64,000 nt of DNA from Deltaproteobacteria bacterium. GTDB lineage: Bacteria; Desulfobacterota; B13-G15; RBG-16-54-18. The translations under genes and the position numbers were made by a program. This document shows positions 22,901 to 30,942 of the stretch, one piece after another. How positions within the stretch are numbered: position 1 is the first letter of the stretch; every line of letters begins with the position of its first letter. Location: NCBI GenBank assembly GCA_016927065.1, contig JAFGNJ010000020.1, forward strand, positions 10,923 through 74,922, read 5' to 3'. Under the pieces are notes generated by a model. It did not search any database, had not been told where the DNA came from, and saw only the letters and a program-made list of their open reading frames with translations.

Positions 22901-23157
22901 CTTCCAAACGGAATCGGCACCGACCACTGAAGGCTCATAGCGGCAGCCCCAGCGATGAAGCCGCAGAGGAAGAAACCCGCGGCCACTCCAAAGGCCCGGA
23001 GCCGCAGGAAGGGATCTCGAGTTTGGATATGTCCATCCGCTGTCTTGCTCATCAAGGCAACGCGCCGGAAACCCCTCCGCTGCAACCCCTTGAGGGCCCT
23101 GCGAGCCGCATCCTGTTTTGCGAAGTAGCCTATGAGAATGCCTGCTCTCACGTCCAT
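13915..23157 (-). CDS. ndvB: Cyclic beta-1,2-glucan synthase-like giant protein (GT84 glycosyltransferase region plus GH94 glycoside phosphorylase region), 3080 aa
   Basis: A GT2-like core ([19 protein letters not shown]) is flanked by TM segments. The C-terminal half has GH94 signatures ([33 protein letters not shown]). Confidence 0.75.
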   Translation of the reverse strand: [3080 protein letters not shown]

Positions 23158-23343
23158 TCCTTTCTTAACCGTGAGGTACAGATTCCTAGACCGCGAGATT
23201 GACGCCGCTTTTGGATGGGAAGCTACGAGCTGACGCTATCAGCATATCGTCCTGGGTTATCACTGGCCTCAGGCGGAAATCTCCCTTGCACACGAACCTG
23301 CGTCCAAAAGGTGTCAGGTTGTTGAACGATGGCGTACAGTCCC

Positions 23344-23538
23344 TCACTCCTCCCAATGGATACACTCCACCGGGCACGCCTCTATCGCCTCCTCTATCTT
23401 GTCTTCAGAAGCCCCTTTCTGGTCAATAACCTCCACCTTGTCCGTCTTTTCATTGAGTTTAAAGACCTCTGGGCAGATCTCCTCGCACGTGCCGCACCCG
23501 ATGCACTCCTCCTCATCTATAACGATATTACGAGCCAT
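23344..23538 (-). CDS. 4Fe-4S ferredoxin, about 65 aa
   Basis: Translation MARNIVIDEEECIGCGTCEEICPEVF...ACPVECIHWEE. The start was moved to the internal ATG, which has an AGGAGG ribosome-binding site. Confidence 0.8.
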   Translation of the reverse strand: MARNIVIDEEECIGCGTCEEICPEVFKLNEKTDKVEVIDQKGASEDKIEEAIEACPVECIHWEE

Positions 23539-23725
23539 TATACCCTCCTTATGGTTGCTTATAAAATACTTTAACAAAAACCCTATAAAACTAAACTTTC
23601 ATGCCCCGCCGAAAAAAGATAAAGCCCCACCTCGAACAAAGCATCAGGTCCATATTCTTCACTCATAATCCCTTGTAGGGAAAGGAGTACAAGGAGCCGT
23701 GTGGGGGCACAAGCAACTGTGTTGT

Positions 23726-25072
23726 TCAAACTACCATGCCCGCAGCAGTAATGGCATGCCTTTCCTGTATCACCTTTTCTATATTGTAGGTCCCCATACA
23801 GGGTGCATAGAGGTATCCCTGCAGGGCGGCGCGCGCCAGCTGCCCCCCCTCCAACCAGTAGGTCAGCCATTCGTCTGCATTATCCGCGTCCTCCTGACCG
23901 TATCCAGACCCCAGATGAGTCAGCCAGTCACAGTTGCATTGCTCATGCGCGCCGATGTGCGGCGCTATGACGACCGGAAGGCCCAAGGCGGTATAGAATG
24001 ACATCTCGCTCGGTTTGCTCCATAATATATCCGTGGTGCGCAGCGTCCGGTTCATAGCCGTGTAGTATTCTTCGTAGATGTCTGCATAAACAATCGTAAT
24101 GCTCCTGCCCACGTGATTGTCCAGACCGATCCGTTCAATTCCTCGCTCCAGCAATTCCTTTACTTCCGGTTTCGTGCCAGCGGCAATATTGATTTTGATC
24201 CGATCTTCCCTCAGTCGGCGCTCATAGGCCTTGATCATATCAAGGGCGATATCGGCCTGGGCGCCTGCCCCGCCGATCGCATAGGTAATGGTGAGGGGGT
24301 GGTTGGCGTGCCGCTTAAAATCTTTGAACGACGTGGGTGGCGCTGGATCGTCGACAAACAGCTTTTCGCAGATAACCGCCCGTAAGTTTTCAAAAAAAAC
24401 GCCGTTAGGATCCAGGTTCACTAATCGGGCAATCAGATCGTGGTGAAGTATCGAGCGCCGTTCGCCGATATTTTCTTTAGGTAACGGAAAGCCGGTCTCG
24501 ATGATCCGATGCTGCGGGACACCATATTCTCGTAACCGCAGCGATGCATGACGGCACGGCGAAAGATAGGTGATATAGCCCTTCGGCGGATACCGCGACG
24601 CCCACACGCGGTGGATATCCGTATCCGTGACCACACAGTAAGCCTCTCGGCCATGGTAATGAAATACCAGTGCCGGGATGAAATGGGTGGTGATCACCGG
24701 CAGCGGCGAGTCCCCGACGTAGTCCACCAGGCTTCGCCCAAACCCTTTCTTTTTGATGAGTCTCCTGATCTGCCGGACGCTGTAGGTAGGGCGGGAAAGG
24801 TCGCGGAACGGGAAAATAGGGGCTATGTGTTGGAGTCTATTATACAGATCGAACACAAGGTTACCCACTAACGGCACCTCCTTGAGCCGAGAGACGGTTT
24901 CGTAGAACATACGGGCACGCTCCCACAGGAACGTATCGGACTCAGGAACAATGGAATCGTTGTTGGCGGTGATAATGCGGTCCGGTACAAGGCCTTTCAG
25001 GGCATAGGCAGCCCGTTGATGGCCGTATCCCATGTCTACTGAGATGATATGCGCCTTAGGCACGGATCTCAT
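23726..25072 (-). CDS. GT28-like (MGDG synthase / UgtP-like) glycosyltransferase
   Basis: The N-terminal motif IISVDMGYGHQRAAYAL resembles the G-rich loop of MGDG synthase/MurG-type GT-B enzymes. The start was chosen at MRSVPK. Confidence 0.5.
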   Translation of the reverse strand: MRSVPKAHIISVDMGYGHQRAAYALKGLVPDRIITANNDSIVPESDTFLWERARMFYETVSRLKEVPLVGNLVFDLYNRLQHIAPIFPFRDLSRPTYSVRQIRRLIKKKGFGRSLVDYVGDSPLPVITTHFIPALVFHYHGREAYCVVTDTDIHRVWASRYPPKGYITYLSPCRHASLRLREYGVPQHRIIETGFPLPKENIGERRSILHHDLIARLVNLDPNGVFFENLRAVICEKLFVDDPAPPTSFKDFKRHANHPLTITYAIGGAGAQADIALDMIKAYERRLREDRIKINIAAGTKPEVKELLERGIERIGLDNHVGRSITIVYADIYEEYYTAMNRTLRTTDILWSKPSEMSFYTALGLPVVIAPHIGAHEQCNCDWLTHLGSGYGQEDADNADEWLTYWLEGGQLARAALQGYLYAPCMGTYNIEKVIQERHAITAAGMVV

Positions 25073-25202
25073 ATAAGAAACTCCGCTTGAAAATAGCAGC
25101 CCATATGGTAATGGTAAAACCAAGATGTGTCAAAAGATTTTTCAAACAAAAAACAGAATGATATTGCCATAAAAGGTTCGAGAGGCTAGAATACGGAGCG
25201 TA

Positions 25203-26441
25203 ATGACCCTATTCTACATATTTGCATGCCTGGTGTTTTTGGGGATTGTTGTTATTGCGCTACAAAACCTCGCCATACGATCCTCCATCCCAAAAAATCA
25301 GATCATACCGGAATCTGATTTTTTGGCCGGGGAAATGACATGGAGGAAAAATATATCCCCAAAACAGTCTTTGAACGGATTCTCTCCCCCTACATCGATC
25401 CTGAAACCCCTCAAGGGATTGGATGATGACCTCTTTGATAACCTCGTGAGTTTCTGCAACCAAGATTACGCAGAGCATGAGATTATATTCGCCCTTGAAG
25501 ACAAGAATGACCCTGCTCTAAAATTGGCGCAAAAAATAAAAAAGCAGCACCCCCACCAAAAAATCTCCATTATCGTAAAACAAAAAGATCGCGCCTTGAA
25601 TCCGAAAGTCAACAACATGTTCTCCGCCTATAGGATCTCTCAATTTCCATACGTCCTTATCAGCGATAGTGATGTCAGAGTAGACAAAGACTACCTTATG
25701 ACGATAGGTCAATACATGGAAGATCCCCACGTTGGGCTTGTGTGTAATCTCATTCGAGGCATTGGAAGTCGTACCATCGGTTCTCTGTTTGAAAATCTCC
25801 ATCTCAATTCTTTTGTGATCGGAAATATTGCAATTCTCTCCCGGTTTATCAAGATGCCCGTCGTCGTCGGGAAATCCATGCTGATGAGGAAAGAGGCCCT
25901 TGAAGAAATCGGGGGATTTGAGGCGGTGCAGAACGTCCTTGCCGAGGACTATGTGATGGGTGATTTGATGCATAGAAGGGGGAAAAAGGTCATCACCTCT
26001 GGTCATATAATCAATGCGGTGAATCACAATAGAACGATGATGCAATTCCTCAAAAGACACGCCAGGTGGGGGAAAATGCGGTTTAAACTTGGAGGTATAG
26101 GATACGTTTCCGAAATACTCAGCAACACCGTGTTTATAGCATGCCTCTCACTCGCCGTAGTGGGGCCAACCACAGGCACGATTTTTTTAACCTCTACAGC
26201 CTCGCTCGCAACAATAATCGGGAATTACTGCTTGGGAAAAAGGATTGGATCAGCCCATCGCTTCTATCATTATCTGTTATCACCCCTCAAGGATATCATT
26301 ATAGGCGTTATCTGGTTTTTCCCATTCTTCAGTCGGACAGTGATGTGGAGAAAACACAAATATAAAATTGCGCAAGGCTCGGTCCTCATCCCACTTCATG
26401 CTAAGGGCGTTCAACAAGAAAGTCCATTAAAAAACTTGTAA
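25203..26441 (+). CDS. Ceramide-glucosyltransferase-like GT2/GT21 family membrane glycosyltransferase
   Basis: An N-terminal TM segment is followed by a GT-A fold with D..D motifs (LISDSDVRVD) and a Q/RxxRW-like motif (RHARWGKMRF). Confidence 0.6.
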   Translation: MTLFYIFACLVFLGIVVIALQNLAIRSSIPKNQIIPESDFLAGEMTWRKNISPKQSLNGFSPPTSILKPLKGLDDDLFDNLVSFCNQDYAEHEIIFALEDKNDPALKLAQKIKKQHPHQKISIIVKQKDRALNPKVNNMFSAYRISQFPYVLISDSDVRVDKDYLMTIGQYMEDPHVGLVCNLIRGIGSRTIGSLFENLHLNSFVIGNIAILSRFIKMPVVVGKSMLMRKEALEEIGGFEAVQNVLAEDYVMGDLMHRRGKKVITSGHIINAVNHNRTMMQFLKRHARWGKMRFKLGGIGYVSEILSNTVFIACLSLAVVGPTTGTIFLTSTASLATIIGNYCLGKRIGSAHRFYHYLLSPLKDIIIGVIWFFPFFSRTVMWRKHKYKIAQGSVLIPLHAKGVQQESPLKNL

Positions 26442-26639
26442 TTAAATAAAACCTCTATATTCGAATCCTCTTTCTAACACCTTATTGTTGCTCGGAAATA
26501 TTTCCTATGTTAAAATATCTATTTACAGTTAAAAAGATTCTTTCGTCATCAACGGCATGTATAATAGGCAACCGCCAGAACTTGAGAAAGCTGGTAGGGC
26601 AAAAAGAAGTCTTTCATAAATCGTAAGGGGGGAGAGAAG

Positions 26640-27758
26640 ATGAGAACGGCATGGCGTATCTTCACAATATTCGGCATCAAGATCAAGATCGACTCGAGCT
26701 GGGTCTTTATCTTCACCTTTGTCACCTGGGCCCTTGCCGGATACTACTTCCCCAGCCAGTATCCCCATTGGCCCCCCTGGCAGCATTGGATCGTTGGCCT
26801 CATCGCCAGCCTGCTCCTCTTCTCCTCGGTATTAGCCCATGAGCTGACCCACTCTCTCGTGGCCCGCAGCAGGGGAGAGGAGGTGCGCAGTATCACCCTC
26901 TTTCTCTTTGGGGGGGTTGCCGAGATCTCAGAGGAACCAGGGACACCGGCCAAGGAGTTCATCATCGCCTTGGTAGGACCCGTATCCAGCCTGATCATCG
27001 CCGCCCTCTTTTTCGGACTGTGGTATGGCATGCGAGGGATCAACGAACCCATCGCCGCCATAGCCCGCTATCTATCCTTCATCAACGGTATCCTCGCAGT
27101 GTTCAACATGATCCCTGGATTCCCCCTCGATGGGGGGAGAGTCTTGCGGTCCGTAATATGGAAGATGACGGGCAATCTCAAGCGGGCCACCCGGATCGCC
27201 TCCATCACCGGGCAAGTCGTTGCCTTTCTCTTCATCGTTTTCGGCATATCACAGATCTTGCAGGGACTTTTCTTAAACGGCCTCTGGATCGCCCTCATCG
27301 GTTGGTTTATCCACAGTGCCGCCGCTCGGGGATATCGACAAGTCCTCCTGCAAGAGGTGCTCAAAGATGTCAGGGCGCAGGACCTGATGGACACCGCCTT
27401 TGAGACAATCGATGTTTCTCTCACCGTGCAGGATTTGATTGAATATCACATCCTCCAAAAGAAGGAACGGTCATTTTTGGTCACCGATGGTGGCAAGCTG
27501 GCGGGGATCGTCTGCCTGGAGGATGTCAAGCGAGTCCCTCCCGACACGAGGGGAAAAACCACGGTGAGGGAAATCATGACCCCCAAGGATAAATTAGCGG
27601 CCGTTGCTCCCGAGGCGGACGGCAACCACATCCTCGCCAAGCTGGCGAGCAGCAAGATCCACCAGGTGCCGGTAATACAAGGGGGGAAGATCAGGGGATT
27701 GGTCTGTCGTGCCGATATCCTGGACTTCATCCACCTCCACTCAGAACTGGGGACTTAA
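26640..27758 (+). CDS. Site-2 protease family (M50) zinc metalloprotease with a C-terminal tandem CBS domain
   Basis: It has HELTHSLVA (HExxH) in a TM helix and an LDG motif (FPLDGGRVLR). The C-terminus has a CBS pair. Confidence 0.8.
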   Translation: MRTAWRIFTIFGIKIKIDSSWVFIFTFVTWALAGYYFPSQYPHWPPWQHWIVGLIASLLLFSSVLAHELTHSLVARSRGEEVRSITLFLFGGVAEISEEPGTPAKEFIIALVGPVSSLIIAALFFGLWYGMRGINEPIAAIARYLSFINGILAVFNMIPGFPLDGGRVLRSVIWKMTGNLKRATRIASITGQVVAFLFIVFGISQILQGLFLNGLWIALIGWFIHSAAARGYRQVLLQEVLKDVRAQDLMDTAFETIDVSLTVQDLIEYHILQKKERSFLVTDGGKLAGIVCLEDVKRVPPDTRGKTTVREIMTPKDKLAAVAPEADGNHILAKLASSKIHQVPVIQGGKIRGLVCRADILDFIHLHSELGT

Positions 27759-27798
27759 AGGGTAAGCCGTAGGTTCAAGCGGAGAGTGAGCAGACACC

Positions 27799-28827
27799 AT
27801 GGACATCATCATCCCCACCTTAAATAAAAGCTTGATGATCACGATGTTCGTCTTTGTAATGATGACCATGGCGGACTACCTCAATGTGTTGACTGAAGGG
27901 AAGCTGAACAGGGCGATACAAGGGGGACGCGTGAGACAGTACATCGCCACGGCGTCGCTTGGGGCGATCCCGGGTTGTCTCGGTGCCTTTATGAACGTCT
28001 CTTTTTATGTCCATGGACTCATCACCTTTGGGGCGATCGTAGGGGGCATGCTCGCCACCTCAGGCGATGAAGCCTTTGTCATGCTCGCCCTATTCCCGGG
28101 CAAGGCGGTCCTCCTCTTCGCGATCTTGTTTGTCGTCGGAATCTGCTCTGCCTGGCTGGTCGATAAGCTGGTACCCCTTCTTAAGATAAGGCCCTGTGAG
28201 GGGTGCGAAACGCCCGTCCTGCATGAGGATCATAAAGGGTGGCACATTACCGTACACAGGGTAAAAGCAAATTTTCAAACGTTCTCGTTGGCCCGTTTCC
28301 TTCTCCTTATCCTCCTCGGGATATTCATCATCGGCTCTGTCTCAGGGGCTATGGGCCCTGCTGAGGGGGGTTGGGAGCGAATCACTTTTATCCTACTACT
28401 CTCGTTGGCCGCGCTCATAGTCATCACGGCCCCTGAACACTATCTCCACGAGCATATCTGGGTACATATTGCCAAGGGACATCTGTGGCGGATATTGCTT
28501 TGGAGCTTCGGTGCCCTGCTCGTTATAGAAATAGGATTGAGATTCTGGAACCTCGAGGCCTTTGTGCAGACCCATATGCCCTGGGTGTTGTTGGTGGCGG
28601 TCCTGGTAGGCGTCGTCCCTGAATCAGGACCGCATCTTATCTTCGTTATGATGTTTGCCCAGGGCTTGATACCTTTCTCCGTCTTGCTGGCCAGCTCCAT
28701 CGTCCAAGACGGACACGGCATGCTCCCCCTGCTTGCCTATAGCTTTAAAGACTCCCTTTTGATCAAGGCATTTAACGTTCTGATCGGTTTGGGGATCGGG
28801 CTAGCCCTGTATCTGCTGGGCCTTTGA
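27799..28827 (+). CDS. Polytopic membrane protein/permease of unknown family with internal repeat, Cys motifs (PGCLGAF, PCEGCETP) and a His-rich loop. It may be metal-related.
   Basis: About 10 predicted TM helices, with the two halves resembling each other (SGDEAF / SGPHLIF). Family not recognised. Confidence 0.45.
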   Translation: MDIIIPTLNKSLMITMFVFVMMTMADYLNVLTEGKLNRAIQGGRVRQYIATASLGAIPGCLGAFMNVSFYVHGLITFGAIVGGMLATSGDEAFVMLALFPGKAVLLFAILFVVGICSAWLVDKLVPLLKIRPCEGCETPVLHEDHKGWHITVHRVKANFQTFSLARFLLLILLGIFIIGSVSGAMGPAEGGWERITFILLLSLAALIVITAPEHYLHEHIWVHIAKGHLWRILLWSFGALLVIEIGLRFWNLEAFVQTHMPWVLLVAVLVGVVPESGPHLIFVMMFAQGLIPFSVLLASSIVQDGHGMLPLLAYSFKDSLLIKAFNVLIGLGIGLALYLLGL

Positions 28828-28957
28828 AATAGTTCAAGCGAGTATTTATTGAAGCGAGGGGAGTACCATGCTACTATGGAGGGTACCTTGATTTCGGTCA
28901 AGGGAACGCAGCCAGCAGACTATACAGTAAATAAAGCCGAACAAATAAACGGAGGGA

Positions 28958-29764
28958 ATGATGCTAGACGAATTCCAACTTGCGGTGAAGGATCTCCACG
29001 TATCAATAGGAAAGAAGGAGATCCTCAAGGGGGTAAACCTTCAGATAAAGAAGGGAGAGGTCCATGCCATATTCGGACCAAACGGCTCGGGCAAGACCAC
29101 CCTGCTGAACGCCTTAATGGGCTTTGAGGGTTACACAGTCAAAGGGGAAATCTTCTTTGACGGAAAAGACATCTCCCATCTCCCGATCAATGAACGGGCA
29201 AGGCTCGGCATCGGCATATCCTTTCAGCGTCCGCCGGTCATCCGGGGGGTAAAACTGCAAAGACTTATCGAGACCAGTGCCAAGAAAAATGGTAACGCCT
29301 TGGAGAAGTATGCCAAAGGCCTCAATCTGGTGGATTTTCTTGAGCGTGAGGTAAACGTCGGCTTCTCCGGCGGAGAGATCAAGAGGGCGGAACTCTTACA
29401 GCTGATCCTCCAAGACCCGGATTTGGTCCTCTTGGACGAACCTGAATCGGGGGTGGATCTGGAAAATATAGCGCTGATCGGAGAATACACCAACTACCTG
29501 CTGGGGAAAATAAGGGAGCCGAACCAAGACAAGACCATGAAGGAACTGCATCGGGAACGGAAGAAATCGGGTCTCATCATCACTCACACGGGCTACATCC
29601 TCGACTACGTGGATGTGGATGTGGGGTATATCCTCATGCAGGGACAAATCGCCTGCAAGGCCAATCCCCGGGATATGCTCCACACCATCAGGGAGTGTGG
29701 GTTCGGAGAATGCTTTCGTTGCTTCCGAGAGGAGGAGACCAGTGTCAAAAGAAAAAAAGGATAA
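28958..29764 (+). CDS. sufC: Fe-S cluster assembly ATPase SufC
   Basis: Walker A (GPNGSGKTTLLNALMG), ABC signature (FSGGE) and the SufC-typical N-terminus (LAVKDLHVSIGKKEILKGVNL). Confidence 0.85.
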   Translation: MMLDEFQLAVKDLHVSIGKKEILKGVNLQIKKGEVHAIFGPNGSGKTTLLNALMGFEGYTVKGEIFFDGKDISHLPINERARLGIGISFQRPPVIRGVKLQRLIETSAKKNGNALEKYAKGLNLVDFLEREVNVGFSGGEIKRAELLQLILQDPDLVLLDEPESGVDLENIALIGEYTNYLLGKIREPNQDKTMKELHRERKKSGLIITHTGYILDYVDVDVGYILMQGQIACKANPRDMLHTIRECGFGECFRCFREEETSVKRKKG

Positions 29765-30935
29765 GCCGCAACCTGCAGGTGATCTGGATCTGACTATATA
29801 CCGAGAGGAAACGAAGGAACACCCCCTTCTTGACGACCTCTCCAAGCTCTCTCCTGAGGACCGGAGGATCCTCCTGATGACCGGCGTCGACCCCTCGGGC
29901 AAAGAGCGCTCCGGGAGTTTTTTTCAAAAAGACCACTCGGTAATCCACTGCCGCACCGACTTTGACGGCGCGGAGATCATGTCCACTACCACAGCCCGGG
30001 AGAAATATGACGGTCTCACCGAATATTGGGGCAAACTCGTACCCGCAGATAAGGATGTCTATACGAGGCGAGCAGAGGAACACCAGGAGCACGGTTACTA
30101 TATTCGTTCCCTGCCCGGGGCCGACGTTCACTATCCATTGCAGGCCTGCCTCTATCTTACCGAGGATAAGCTCGCTCAGGACGTCCACAACATCGTCATT
30201 GCTGAGGAAGCATCGAACCTGAATATCATCACGGGATGTGCCACCGCCCCCGGCGTGCGTTCCGGCCTGCATGTCGGTGTCTCGGAATTTTTCGTCAAAA
30301 AGGGGGCGACCATCTCCTTTACCATGATCCACAACTGGGCGGAGGAGATGGCGGTCAGACCCAGATCGGCCGTCATCGTGGAAGAGGGGGGCACCTTCAT
30401 CTCCAACTATATCTGTCTCGTGCCCGCCAAAGACCTCCAGATGTATCCTGCAGCCACGCTCAAAGGGAAGGGAGCGGTTGCCACCTTCAATTCGGTACTG
30501 CTGGCCAAACCCGGCTCTTTTATGGATGTCGGCTCCCGGATAATCCTGCAGGGGGAAGGCTGCCGGGGTGAGGTGATCTCCCGCGTCGTCTCGACAGGGG
30601 GGACGGTTATCGCCAGGGGCCACCTGGTTGGTGAATACCCTGGCATCAGGGCCCACCTGGAGTGCAAGGGACTGTTGTTGTCCGATAAGGGCAGGATTCA
30701 CGCCATCCCCGAACTGGAAGGTACGACATCCGATCTGGAGATGTCCCATGAGGCAGCCGTAGGGAAGATCGCCCAGGAAGAGGTCGAGTACTTGATGGCC
30801 CGAGGGCTCTCCGAACAGGAGGCAACGGCCCTCATCATCAAGGGATTTCTCTCCCTCGATATCGTCGGGCTCCCCGCTGATCTCAAGAAAGAACTCGAGC
30901 GCATGATCGAAGAGACGGATACGGAGGCGATGTAG
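29742..30935 (+). CDS. sufB: Fe-S cluster assembly protein of the SufB/SufD family
   Basis: SufBD beta-helix core signatures (NIITGCATAPGVRSGLHVG ... FISNYICLV). The start was moved to GTG 29742, which follows a GAGGAGGAG ribosome-binding site. Confidence 0.8.
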   Translation: MSKEKKDKPQPAGDLDLTIYREETKEHPLLDDLSKLSPEDRRILLMTGVDPSGKERSGSFFQKDHSVIHCRTDFDGAEIMSTTTAREKYDGLTEYWGKLVPADKDVYTRRAEEHQEHGYYIRSLPGADVHYPLQACLYLTEDKLAQDVHNIVIAEEASNLNIITGCATAPGVRSGLHVGVSEFFVKKGATISFTMIHNWAEEMAVRPRSAVIVEEGGTFISNYICLVPAKDLQMYPAATLKGKGAVATFNSVLLAKPGSFMDVGSRIILQGEGCRGEVISRVVSTGGTVIARGHLVGEYPGIRAHLECKGLLLSDKGRIHAIPELEGTTSDLEMSHEAAVGKIAQEEVEYLMARGLSEQEATALIIKGFLSLDIVGLPADLKKELERMIEETDTEAM

Positions 30936-30942
30936 AGCTGCT

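Noticed and set aside
23199-23668. Small plus-strand ORFs (76-89 aa) overlapping the ferredoxin gene region
   Set aside because: They are antisense to a ferredoxin ORF with a canonical CxxCxxC...CP motif and ribosome-binding site.
29745-30749. 334-aa minus-strand ORF antisense to sufBD
   Set aside because: The plus-strand frame has clear SufB/SufD motifs, and the antisense ORF is Gly/Arg-rich low complexity.
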